64,000 bases of DNA from positions 548,233 to 612,232 of the forward strand of contig OZ244046.1 in assembly GCA_965215055.1 (NCBI GenBank), in the 5' to 3' direction. Position 1 is the stretch's first letter. The number at the start of each line of letters is the position of its first letter. The notes under the pieces were generated by a model, which ran no database searches, was not told where the DNA came from, and was given only the letters and a program-made list of their open reading frames with translations. Of this stretch, positions 1 to 10,779 are shown piece after piece. This DNA comes from Gammaproteobacteria bacterium (GTDB taxonomy: Bacteria > Pseudomonadota > Gammaproteobacteria > UBA4575). The position numbers and the translations under genes are program-made.

Positions 1-38
1 CCGTCAAATGCCTGTAAACACCAGGAAACCAGGTTTTA

Positions 39-1979
39 TTATCCTGCATTAAGACGGTTATCAATGATACTTGCCACTACGGAGGGGTCAGCCAGCGTGG
101 TCGTATCGCCTAGATCGTCCACTTCGTTGGCTGCAACTTTTCTTAGAATACGGCGCATGATTTTGCCCGAGCGTGTTTTTGGCAAGCCCGGTGCCCACTG
201 GATGATATCCGGCTTGGCAAAAGAGCCGATTTCTTTACGCACCAGTTGCACAAGCTCGTCCTTCAACTCGTCATTTGCATCCATGTCTTCCATAAGCGTC
301 ACATAGGCATATATCCCTTGCCCCTTGATGGCGTGCGGGTAACCAACAACGGCTGCCTCCGCAACTGCAGCATGTAAAACCAAGGCACTCTCAACTTCTG
401 CAGTTCCCAAGCGGTGACCAGAGACGTTTAATACGTCATCCACACGACCCGTTATCCAGTAGTAGCCATCTGCATCTCTCTTGCATCCGTCGCCACTACA
501 GTACATGCCAGGGTATTGAGAAAGGTAAGTGTCGATAAAACGTTGATGATCGCCATATACGGTGCGCATCTGTCCTGGCCAAGGATGTTTGATGGCCAAG
601 CTACCCTTGCATGCACCTTCAAGCTCTTTACCGTTTTCATCAACGACAACAGGCTGAACCCCAAAAAAGGGTTTACCTGCTGAGCCGGGCTTTAAGTCCG
701 TGGCACCCGGTAGTGGTGTAATGAGAAAGCCACCCGTTTCAGTTTGCCACCAAGTATCGATGATTGGGCAACGGCCTTTTCCCACCACGTGGTAATACCA
801 CTCCCACGCCTCGGGGTTGATCGGTTCTCCGACTGATCCTAAAAGCCGTAAACTCTCACGGCTGGTTTTGTTGACCGGTCCATCCCCCAAGCGCATCAAT
901 GCACGCAACACAGTGGGCGCAGTATAAAAGGCCGCGACATTGTGCTTGTCACAGACTTGCCAAAAGCGACTTTCATCGGGGTAATCTGGCACGCCTTCAA
1001 ACATTACGGTAATCGCGCCGTTACATAGTGGGCCATAGACGATATAGGAGTGGCCGGTAACCCAACCCACATCGGCCGTACACCAAAAAACCTCGCCATC
1101 ACGGTAATCAAACGCATATCTATGGGTAATCGCTACGTGTAAAAGATAACCTCCCGTTGTGTGCAATACCCCTTTGGGTTTCCCCGTTGAGCCCGAGGTG
1201 TATAAAATAAAAAGAGGGTCTTCTGCACCTACATGTTCAGGCGGGCAATTATCATCCACCAGGCACATCTCATCGTGATACCAGTAGTCGCGCGAATCAT
1301 CCCATGAAACATTACCGCCCGTTCGCTTGACTACCAGTACCGTACTTACATTGGGACAATCCTTAATCGCAGCATCCGTGTTGCCCTTTAATGGAATTTT
1401 CCTACCTCCACGAATGCCTTCGTCGGCAGTGATTACGGTACGGCAGTCTGAATCCAGTATACGGTCGCGTAATGAGTCAGGGGAAAAACCACCAAACACA
1501 ACGGAATGCACAGCGCCAATACGTGCGCAGGCCAGCATTGCATAAGTTGCCTCGGGAATCATGGGCATGTAGATACATACACGATCACCCTTTTTTACAC
1601 CACGCGATTTTAGAACGTTAGCAAGCTTACAAACCTCTTTATGCAACTCATTGTAAGTAATGTAGTAGCCGTCATCAGGACTATCGCCTTCCCAGATAAT
1701 TGCAGTCTGATCACCCCGAGTTTCCAAGTGACGATCAACGCAGTTATAACAGGCATTCAAACTCGCCCCTTCAAACCAGCGTATGTACCCCTTGTGATAA
1801 TCCCAATCTAAAACATCGTCCCACTTTTTATACCAACTTATAAATTTTTCTGCTTGTGCTGCCCAAAACTCCACCGGGTTCTCTACCGATTGCTGGTACA
1901 TGGATTCGTATTTTGCTTTGTCAATATACGCGGCGGATGCCATCGCGCTTGAAACCGGGTAGACTTTTTCATCGGACAT
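39..1979 (-). CDS. acs: Acetyl-CoA synthetase
   Basis: 646 aa; [14 protein letters not shown]-binding motif, [11 protein letters not shown]-terminal [11 protein letters not shown] with the acetylation Lys. Confidence 0.97.
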   Translation of the reverse strand: MSDEKVYPVSSAMASAAYIDKAKYESMYQQSVENPVEFWAAQAEKFISWYKKWDDVLDWDYHKGYIRWFEGASLNACYNCVDRHLETRGDQTAIIWEGDSPDDGYYITYNELHKEVCKLANVLKSRGVKKGDRVCIYMPMIPEATYAMLACARIGAVHSVVFGGFSPDSLRDRILDSDCRTVITADEGIRGGRKIPLKGNTDAAIKDCPNVSTVLVVKRTGGNVSWDDSRDYWYHDEMCLVDDNCPPEHVGAEDPLFILYTSGSTGKPKGVLHTTGGYLLHVAITHRYAFDYRDGEVFWCTADVGWVTGHSYIVYGPLCNGAITVMFEGVPDYPDESRFWQVCDKHNVAAFYTAPTVLRALMRLGDGPVNKTSRESLRLLGSVGEPINPEAWEWYYHVVGKGRCPIIDTWWQTETGGFLITPLPGATDLKPGSAGKPFFGVQPVVVDENGKELEGACKGSLAIKHPWPGQMRTVYGDHQRFIDTYLSQYPGMYCSGDGCKRDADGYYWITGRVDDVLNVSGHRLGTAEVESALVLHAAVAEAAVVGYPHAIKGQGIYAYVTLMEDMDANDELKDELVQLVRKEIGSFAKPDIIQWAPGLPKTRSGKIMRRILRKVAANEVDDLGDTTTLADPSVVASIIDNRLNAG

Positions 1980-2045
1980 GTCTTATAACTCTCCGCCCAT
2001 TCCAATTACGCAGATAGCTGGAAGCTATATTAGAGCTCTAAAGAA

Positions 2046-2080
2046 AGGGAGGTGTTTCATTCAATATGAAACGCCTCCCT
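2046..2080 (-). terminator. Probable intrinsic terminator downstream of katG
   Basis: 15-bp inverted repeat AGGGAGGTGTTTCAT / ATGAAACGCCTCCCT (one wobble) with a 5-nt loop, followed by TTCTTT on the minus strand, 12 nt after the katG stop. Confidence 0.7.
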
Positions 2081-2092
2081 CATTTCTAATGA

Positions 2093-4300
<2,208 letters not shown>

Positions 4301-4328
4301 TTATTTCCATCAGGTCTTTTCGCCGTTA

Positions 4329-4406
4329 ATTTATACTGTATTTATACTGCACATGCATAAAATTTACTAATTTATTTTCTTGAATGTAATAATCGATTTT
4401 GCTAAT
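4329..4406 (-). promoter_or_regulatory. Putative katG promoter/operator: tandem ATTTATACTG repeats plus a degenerate LysR/OxyR-type site
   Basis: ATTTATACTG at 4329-4338 and 4340-4349 (reads CAGTATAAAT, -10-like, on the katG strand); 4370-4406 reads ATTA-N7-CGAT-N7-TTCA-N7-AAAT on the minus strand, a loose match to OxyR ATAG-N7-CTAT-N7-ATAG-N7-CTAT. Confidence 0.3.
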
Positions 4407-4521
4407 GGATGGGCAACTCGGAGAATTATTTAGAGATCGGAACAACTTAGCACCATTCTTTTACAGAGTGTAAAATTTGGAAAAGCAGTCAAAATGGATT
4501 CTTTCTTAGTAAGGGAAAAAT

Positions 4522-5881
4522 ATGGTCTCCGACGCTCGTATAGTAGTCCCCCCCCCCATGGAGTGGAAGCGGCCTCGACAGTAAAATTGCCGTCTTCGGG
4601 TTCCTCTTCCTGTGCCTCAACGTACTTCTCTTCGACTATCTTGTCGTTACCGACCCGTTAAAGCTCTTTAGGCTGGCTGTAGAAGACTCCTGGATAGAGA
4701 GTCTCACCGCGGTTTTTCTCCTCCTGGCAGGCCTGTTGTTATTTGCCATGGCTTGGGTGGAATCGAACCTCTTTCGGCGCTGCCTCTATATCCTCGGCGG
4801 TATCGCACTGGTATTCATTGCAGGCGAAGAAATCAGCTGGGGACAGCGTATATTTGAATTTACCACGCCTGAATTCTTGCGAGACTTGAATAGACAGAAC
4901 GAATTCAACGTTCACAATCTCCAAACTATTAGCTTCAAGCTGGTTGAAAAGGTCTTCCATCAAGCAATAATACTGTTGTGCACTGTAACCTGCGTCGCTT
5001 TCTTCTGCCGAAAACGCACTGTCCTCGGGATTCCAGTACCGTCAATACCACTGATGTTCGGATTCCTGATGATGATTGATTTCATGGCACCATATCATGG
5101 CACGGTTGGCTTGGAAGCTGTTCTTGGTTCGGGTTACACTCATAACAGCCAAAAGACCTTGCTTCTTCTCTTCGTCATCTATGCCTTGCTTTTCAGACAC
5201 ACCGGGTTGTTTATTGTCACGGTTGCAACCGCAACGCTCATCCTGGCTTCTGAGTTTATCTTCATGTCCAATCACCTGCGCAGATTATCAGAGTTGAAGG
5301 AGTATCTGTTCGGACTTGCCTGCCTTCTCTATTCTTTGGAGCTATGGTTGGCGCAGGGCGTTCAGGGACGGTTGGCGGCGATCTTTGGCCTAAAATGGCC
5401 GAACGTACGGGTCCCATCCTTGCTGACAACGTGCTCCCTGGTCATTGCAGGCAGTATCGGGTTAACGTTCTTCGAGTATTTCAGCGGCGCTCACCGGTCA
5501 GGTGATCACCGGTCAATTTACCAGTCCATCACGCAAGGTACGGTCGGTGAACCAGTCATCCGCTCCAACTTCGACGTCTATCTCATCGAAGACCGGTTAA
5601 TTTACTTCAAGGAGCCGTGCACGCCGGCGGATATCAAGCCCAAGTTCTTTTTGCATATTATCCCTGCTGACCTCCATGACCTTCCTGGCTACCGCAAGCG
5701 GCATGGTTTCGATAACCTGGACTTCGACTTTTATCGGCCCCATACAGACCATTGCATGAGGGCAATCCAGCTCCCGGATTACGACATCAACAGTGTCAGA
5801 ACCGGCCAGTACGTGCCAGGAGAGGGAAAGATATGGAACGAAGAGTTTACGCTTAACCCGAGTTTCCGGAACAGGCGTTGA
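4522..5881 (+). CDS. Polytopic membrane protein (EEISWGQR family) with soluble C-terminal domain, copy 1; frameshifted at a C10 tract as assembled
   Basis: ATG 4522 after AGGG; MVSDARIVV, then C10 (4548-4557). With C9 or C12 it reads into WSGSGLDSKIAVFG...EEISWGQRIF...EFNVHN...FFLHIIPAD...GFDNLDF...LPDYDINSVRTGQ. As given, the ATG frame stops after 20 aa and the ORF track only finds the TTG at 4736. Confidence 0.75.
4548..4557 (+). repeat. Poly-C tract (C10) in the 5' coding region of copy 1
   Basis: Counted directly: GTAGT-C10-ATGGAG. Confidence 0.9.
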
Positions 5882-5902
5882 CGTAAGTCATAGACAAGCC
5901 AC

Positions 5903-6079
5903 ATGGAACATGATAAGTGGAAACAGGGTTTTTTAATGTGCCTGGAAAAAGAACATAAAATTGAGCAGTTGTGGAAAAACAGGAGTTATGTCGTTTTGGG
6001 GGTGCTGTTTTACAATGAAACAAAGACCAGGCGAGATTTTGAAAGAGAAGATGCGGTTATCCTCGCAAAATATCTTTAG
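5903..6079 (+). pseudogene. C-terminal fragment of a type III restriction endonuclease (Res)
   Basis: Own translation MEHDKWKQGFLMCLEKEHKIEQLWKNRSYVVLGVLFYNETKTRRDFE..., resembling the D-x-WKE-x-FL...G-L-P-FYNE tail that follows the EPKG nuclease motif of type III Res proteins; not in the ORF track. Confidence 0.6.
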
Positions 6080-6140
6080 GTTGAACGTCCTGTCATAACC
6101 TCTTGTTGCAGCATCGGCAATCGTTAAAATGGTTACGACC

Positions 6141-6266
6141 ATGCAAAACTTACTGGAAGAATTAAAAGCTGCGTTTCAAAGTGATGAACGCCTAGTCATT
6201 GATGGAAAGCTGGCGAAAAACAAGATTATTGAATTGGTACTTGCGACGGATGGAAGCTTGTATTAG
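6141..6266 (+). pseudogene. N-terminal fragment of a type III R-M methyltransferase (Mod)
   Basis: Own translation MQNLLEELKAAFQSDERLVIDGKLAKNKIIELVLATDGSLY*, resembling the MQNLL..L...DERL..DG.L.KNKI.ELAL..D N-terminus of a type III Mod family; ends 4 nt before the copy 2 repeat starts. Confidence 0.65.
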
Positions 6267-6280
6267 GCAGAGGGAAAAGT

Positions 6281-7647
6281 ATGGTCTCCGATGCTCGTAT
6301 AGTAGTCCCCCCCCCCCCCCCCCCCCCCCCCCGTGGAGTGGAAGCGGCCTCGACAGCAAAATTGCCGTCTTCGGGTTCCTCTTCCTGTGCCTCAACGTAC
6401 TTCTCTTCGACTATCTTGCCGCTACTGACCCGTTAAAGCTCTTTAGGCTGGCTCACGAAGACTCCTGGATAGAGAGTCTCACCGTGGTTTTTCTCCTCCT
6501 GGCAGGCCTGTTGTTATTTGCCACGGCTTGGGTGGAATCGAACCTCTTTCGGCGCTGCCTCTATATCCTCGGCGGTATCGCAATGGTATTCATTGCAGGC
6601 GAAGAAATCAGCTGGGGACAGCGTATATTTGAATTTACCACGCCTGAATTCTTGCGAGGCCTGAATAGACAGGACGAATTCAACGTTCACAATGCTATTA
6701 ACTTGCCGTTGGTTAACAAGGTCTTCCATCAAGCAATCATGCTGTTGTGCGCTGTGACCTGCGTCGCTTTCTTCTGCCGAAAACGCACCGTCCTCGGGAT
6801 TCCAGTACCGTCAATACCGCTGATGTTCGGATTCCTGGTGACGATTGATTCCGTGACGCCATATCATGGCCCGGTTGGCTTGGAAGCTGTCCTCGCCCCG
6901 GGTTACCTTCTTAGCAGCCCAAAGACCCTGTTTCTCCTCTTTGTCATCTATGCCTTGCTTTTCAGACACACCAGGTTGTTTATTGTCACGGTTGCAACCG
7001 TGACGCTCACCCTGGCTTCTGAGTTTATCTTCATGTCCAATTACCTGCGCGGATTATCGGAGGTGAAGGAATATCTGTTCGGACTTGCCTACTTTCTCTA
7101 TTCTTTGGAGCTATGGTTGGCGCAGGGCGTTCAGGGGCGGTTGACGGCGATCTTTGGCCTGAAATGGCCGAATGTACGGGGCCCATCCTTGCTGACAACG
7201 TGCTCCCTGGTCATTGCAGGCAGTACCGGGTTAATGTTCTTCGAGTATTTCAGTAGCGCTCACCGGTCAATTTACCAGTCCATCACGCAAGGTACGGCCG
7301 GTGAACCAGTCGTCCGCTCCAACTTCGACGTCTATCTCATCGAAGACCGGTTAATTTACTTCAAGGAGCCGTGTACTCCGGCGGATACCAAGCCCGGGTT
7401 CTTTTTGCATATCATCCCTGCTGACCCCCATGACCTTCCTGGCTACCAAAAGCCGCATGGTTTCGATAACCTGGACTTCAAGTTTTATCGGCTCCATCCG
7501 GACCTCCGCCATTGCATGATGGCAATCCAGCTCCCGGATTACGACATCAACAGTGTCAAAACCGGTCAGTTCGTGCGAGGAGAGGGATGGATATGGAAAG
7601 AAGAGTTTACGCTTAACAGGCAAACTAAAGTAAAGCCCATTAAATGA
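6281..7647 (+). CDS. Polytopic membrane protein (EEISWGQR family) with soluble C-terminal domain, copy 2; frameshifted at a C26 tract as assembled
   Basis: ATG 6281 after AGAGGG, homologous to the copy 1 start; C26 (6307-6332) puts it out of frame with the gene body (C24 or C27 would restore it). The ORF-track start at TTG 6199 lies inside the Mod relic in another frame. Confidence 0.75.
6307..6332 (+). repeat. Poly-C tract (C26) in the 5' coding region of copy 2
   Basis: Counted directly: GTAGT-C26-GTGGAG; exact length may be unreliable. Confidence 0.85.
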
Positions 7648-7692
7648 CTTAAAAGGTGCCCGGGTAAGCTTATTAAAATCAATTATATATTA

Positions 7693-7768
7693 TGGTGGGT
7701 CGTATAGGATTCGAACCTATGACCATCGGGTTAAAAGCCCGGTGCTCTACCAACTGAGCTAACGACCC
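7693..7768 (-). tRNA. tRNA-Lys (anticodon TTT)
   Basis: Reverse complement GGGTCGTTAGCTCAGTTGGTAGAGCACCGGGCTTTTAACCCGATGGTCATAGGTTCGAATCCTATACGACCCACCA; 76 nt, cloverleaf, GTTCGAA T-loop, encoded CCA. Confidence 0.97.
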
Positions 7769-7770
7769 AT

Positions 7771-7786
7771 GTGGCGCGCTATCATA
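7771..7786 (-). promoter_or_regulatory. Probable -10 box and GC-rich discriminator of the tRNA promoter
   Basis: TATGAT followed by AGCGCGCCAC just upstream of the tRNA on the minus strand; no convincing -35. Confidence 0.4.
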
Positions 7787-7850
7787 GCCCAAATCTTGAT
7801 AAAGCTCTATGTAGAAAATTATCCAAACAAAACATCAACGCACACTATAT

Positions 7851-8543
7851 CTACATGACAGTATACGACGTTGGGTCCTCAATGCCGGCATCAATGAATC
7901 CTCGCTTGCGAAAACGGCAAGCATCGCACACTCCACATGCCCTACCCTGTTCATCTGCTGCATAACAGGAAACCGTAAGTGAATAGTCTACCCCCAACTT
8001 ATCGCCCAACTGAATGATCTCAGACTTGGAAAGTGAAATCAGCGGAGTATGTATAACCAGCTCTTGTCCTTCCACCCCTGCCCTGGTAGCAAGATTTGCC
8101 ATGGATTGATACGCCTTTATATACTCTGGTCGGCAATCCGGATAGCCGGAATAGTCCACCGCATTGACACCTATGAACAGGTCCTGAATACGTAGCACCT
8201 CGGCCCATGCCAGAGCAACAGATAAAAAAACAGTGTTGCGTGCGGGCACATAGGTGACGGGTATTCCTGCCGTTACATTCTTGGGAACCCCCATACTCTC
8301 GTCTGTAAGGGCCGACCCCTTAAAAGCCGCGAGATCAATATCGAATATCTTGTGCTCAACGACGTTCAGTGCACGTGTGATTTTTTTTGCCGCTTTCAAT
8401 TCTACGCTATGGCGTTGGCCGTAACGAAAACTTAGGGCATAACAAACGTACTCTTTCTCCCGGGCAATGGCTAAAGTAGTAGCTGAATCAAGTCCCCCTG
8501 AAAGGAGAACGATTGCCTTCTTACGTTGTGACAATCGATTCAA
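7851..8543 (-). CDS. queC: 7-cyano-7-deazaguanine synthase
   Basis: [29 protein letters not shown]-terminal Cys cluster SCY...CGVCDAC. Confidence 0.96.
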   Translation of the reverse strand: MNRLSQRKKAIVLLSGGLDSATTLAIAREKEYVCYALSFRYGQRHSVELKAAKKITRALNVVEHKIFDIDLAAFKGSALTDESMGVPKNVTAGIPVTYVPARNTVFLSVALAWAEVLRIQDLFIGVNAVDYSGYPDCRPEYIKAYQSMANLATRAGVEGQELVIHTPLISLSKSEIIQLGDKLGVDYSLTVSCYAADEQGRACGVCDACRFRKRGFIDAGIEDPTSYTVM

Positions 8544-8601
8544 ACCCTGAAAATAAACACGATTACCCCTTTATGCCGGCCGAACCAGGCGAACATCGTA
8601 A

Positions 8602-9297
8602 TCAATGACCAGGGGCGCTGCCCCAAAGAATTTTATGCAGTTGCAACTGAAATCGAACGGCCAATCGGTCTGCCAAAATCCATTCCGCAAGTTGCCTGGG
8701 TTCAAGTTCATCAAAACTCGGTGAAAACAATATCGTACAACGGTCTGTCAGCCGGTGTTCATCCAAAACAAGCTTTGCCCAAAGATAGTCCTCGCGGTCA
8801 CAAATGACGAATTTCACCTGGTCTTGCTGACGCAAGTAGTTGATATTCTGCCAGCAATTCTTTTCAGCCTCACCTGATGCAGGCGTCTTGATGTCCACTA
8901 TCTTGACTACCCGTGGGTCCACCCGGTCTATTTCCAAAGCGCCACTGGTTTCCAGTGATACTTTAAATTTCTGGTCACACAGGTTTGACAATAGAGACAG
9001 ACAATCCCTCTGTGCAAGCGGTTCACCACCTGTAACCGTCACGTGCCTGATATTATAGTTCGCAACCCTGGTTTCTATGTCTGCAAGATTCATCCATTTA
9101 CCACCTGTAAACGCATACGTCGTATCACAGTATTGACAGCGCAGCGGGCAGCCCGTTAAACGAATAAATACGGTGGGCACACCAACTGTGTTGGACTCAC
9201 CCTGAATTGAAGCAAAAATTTCAGTAACGCGAAGTCTTGGTAACCGGGACTGTATATCCAGAGGCGCGACCGCGCTTGGCGTTTCAATGGCCTTCAC
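8602..9297 (-). CDS. queE: 7-carboxy-7-deazaguanine synthase (radical SAM)
   Basis: EIFASIQGE, RLTGCPLRCQYCDT (CxxxCxxC), TGGEPL, QLHKILW; start uncertain, GTG 9297 chosen. Confidence 0.93.
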   Translation of the reverse strand: MKAIETPSAVAPLDIQSRLPRLRVTEIFASIQGESNTVGVPTVFIRLTGCPLRCQYCDTTYAFTGGKWMNLADIETRVANYNIRHVTVTGGEPLAQRDCLSLLSNLCDQKFKVSLETSGALEIDRVDPRVVKIVDIKTPASGEAEKNCWQNINYLRQQDQVKFVICDREDYLWAKLVLDEHRLTDRCTILFSPSFDELEPRQLAEWILADRLAVRFQLQLHKILWGSAPGH

Positions 9298-10144
9298 GTA
9301 GCATGCGTTCAAGTCGTTGTTGCGCAAGGTTAGCCACACTGGAATTAGGAAATTGCGCGCGCACCTGGGTAAGCTCTATGCGTGCTTCCTCATATTGTCC
9401 GAGTTCGTAACGTGTAAAACCGAGCTTTAACTTGGCATCCGCCAACTTTGAGCTTGTCGGATAGTTATTTATTACCTTTAAAAACTCTGCAAGCGCTTGT
9501 GGATATCGCCTGGACACGTAGCTTGCCTCCGCTAACCAATACTGAGCATTGGCGGCATACTCACTATTCGGATAAGTTTGCAGAAAAAACCCAAAGGCGG
9601 CAATCGATTCATCGTATTTGCCTTGCTTCAACAAGATAAAAGCATTCTTGTAATCCCGTTTTATGTCATCTGGCGTTGCTGTTGATATCGTCGCGTCTGG
9701 TGTCGTCACCATAACCGGTGAAGGAGTGGGAATACCTGGGGATAATTGTAGCGCATCAAGGTCTGTCGCCTGCTGGTTTTGTGCATCTCCAGCGTTGCCT
9801 GCGCTCTCCCCACCACTTGTCAAAGCATTTACAGCATTTGATGGAACACCCGTCTCGCCTGGAAAAGCTTGCAAAAGGTGGTCAATATTCAGATGTTGCT
9901 CACGCTGATGCGCCATGAAAGTATTCAGTTCATGTACCAAACGTTCATTTTCACCACGCAACTGTTGCACCTCGCTTTGTATGGCCTCTATCCGTTTTAC
10001 CATGTTCAGCAATACCTGATTGTCAATCATGCGTTCAATACGTTGTAATCTTGCATCAAATTCAGCATCAGTGGCTTCGTCCGCTGCGACCACTGTAGAC
10101 AACAACACTGCAAAAAAACCTGTCAGTGGTTTTACTGCTCTCAT
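9284..10144 (-). CDS. cpoB: Tol-Pal system protein CpoB/YbgF
   Basis: Signal peptide, N-terminal coiled coil, TPR C-terminus (YPNSEYAANAQYWLAE...SSKLADAKLKLG); follows pal. Confidence 0.92.
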   Translation of the reverse strand: MRAVKPLTGFFAVLLSTVVAADEATDAEFDARLQRIERMIDNQVLLNMVKRIEAIQSEVQQLRGENERLVHELNTFMAHQREQHLNIDHLLQAFPGETGVPSNAVNALTSGGESAGNAGDAQNQQATDLDALQLSPGIPTPSPVMVTTPDATISTATPDDIKRDYKNAFILLKQGKYDESIAAFGFFLQTYPNSEYAANAQYWLAEASYVSRRYPQALAEFLKVINNYPTSSKLADAKLKLGFTRYELGQYEEARIELTQVRAQFPNSSVANLAQQRLERMLREGH

Positions 10145-10172
10145 CTTACATACTCTCTCTTCTGATCAAGGC

Positions 10173-10748
10173 TTAAGGACCGGCAATCAATTCCACTCTT
10201 CTGTTTTGTTGCCAGGATTCTTCGTTAGAACCAACAACCGCAGGATTCTCTTCGCCATAACTGACAATATCAATCTGGTCACTATTAACGCCATGCAACA
10301 AAATCAACTCGCGCACGGATTGCGCACGGCGTTCGCCTAAGGCAAGATTGTATTCACGCGTGCCTCGCTCATCCGCGTGCCCTTCCAAGCGTAACTGCCG
10401 CTCAGGACTCGCAGCCAGGGCTTCAGCTACCGAAGTAATTAAAGGCAACGACTCTTCGTGCACTTGATAACTGTCGTAGTCAAAATAAATTACGTTACCC
10501 AAGTCGCTATCTACGCCAAGCGCATCAAGTGCATCCATAGACAAATCGCCTTCATCACCAAGACTTGTCGTTTCGGGTCCATCATCCGTCGTTGCCTTGG
10601 AGCCATCTTCTATTTTGACATCATGCTCATCATCACTTATCACGTCACTAGGCACTTCCTCCTGTATACTGGTTCCAGTGCCACTACAGGCAACGCCTAC
10701 TATTAAAAACAGGCTTATAAATAAAATATAAAACGGTTGTTTAACCAT
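10173..10748 (-). CDS. pal: Peptidoglycan-associated lipoprotein
   Basis: Lipobox GVAC; IYFDYD, EGHADERGTREYNLALGERRA, SYGEENP, NRRVEL. Confidence 0.96.
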   Translation of the reverse strand: MVKQPFYILFISLFLIVGVACSGTGTSIQEEVPSDVISDDEHDVKIEDGSKATTDDGPETTSLGDEGDLSMDALDALGVDSDLGNVIYFDYDSYQVHEESLPLITSVAEALAASPERQLRLEGHADERGTREYNLALGERRAQSVRELILLHGVNSDQIDIVSYGEENPAVVGSNEESWQQNRRVELIAGP

Positions 10749-10779
10749 TGCTTACTTTCCCTCTATTCAGTCATTGACG

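Larger units (their letters stand above)
4512..7617 (+). repeat. Tandem ~1.35 kb gene duplication (4512-5857 and 6271-7617)
   Basis: Long near-identical stretches running from AGGGAAAA(A/G)TATGGTCTCCGA to GAGTTTACGCTTAAC in both copies. Confidence 0.95.

Noticed and set aside
4335-4352. LexA-box-like TACTGTATTTATAC upstream of katG
   Set aside because: Lacks the CAG half-site at CTG-N10-CAG spacing
5851-6130. Integron attC-like cores (GCTTAAC at the gene ends, GTTGAAC in the spacer; also GTTAGGC at 46124)
   Set aside because: Spacing and internal palindromes do not fit attC, and the recombinase in the window is Cre-like rather than IntI-like
6199-6306. ORF-track N-terminus MMESWRKTRLL...YSS for copy 2
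   Set aside because: TTG start inside the Mod relic in another frame; homology to copy 1 begins only at 6271 and points to ATG 6281
8544-8603. Possible preQ1 riboswitch upstream of queC (CCTGGTTCG on the minus strand)
   Set aside because: No proper P1 stem with a 10-12 nt loop and no A-rich tail; only a weak hairpin
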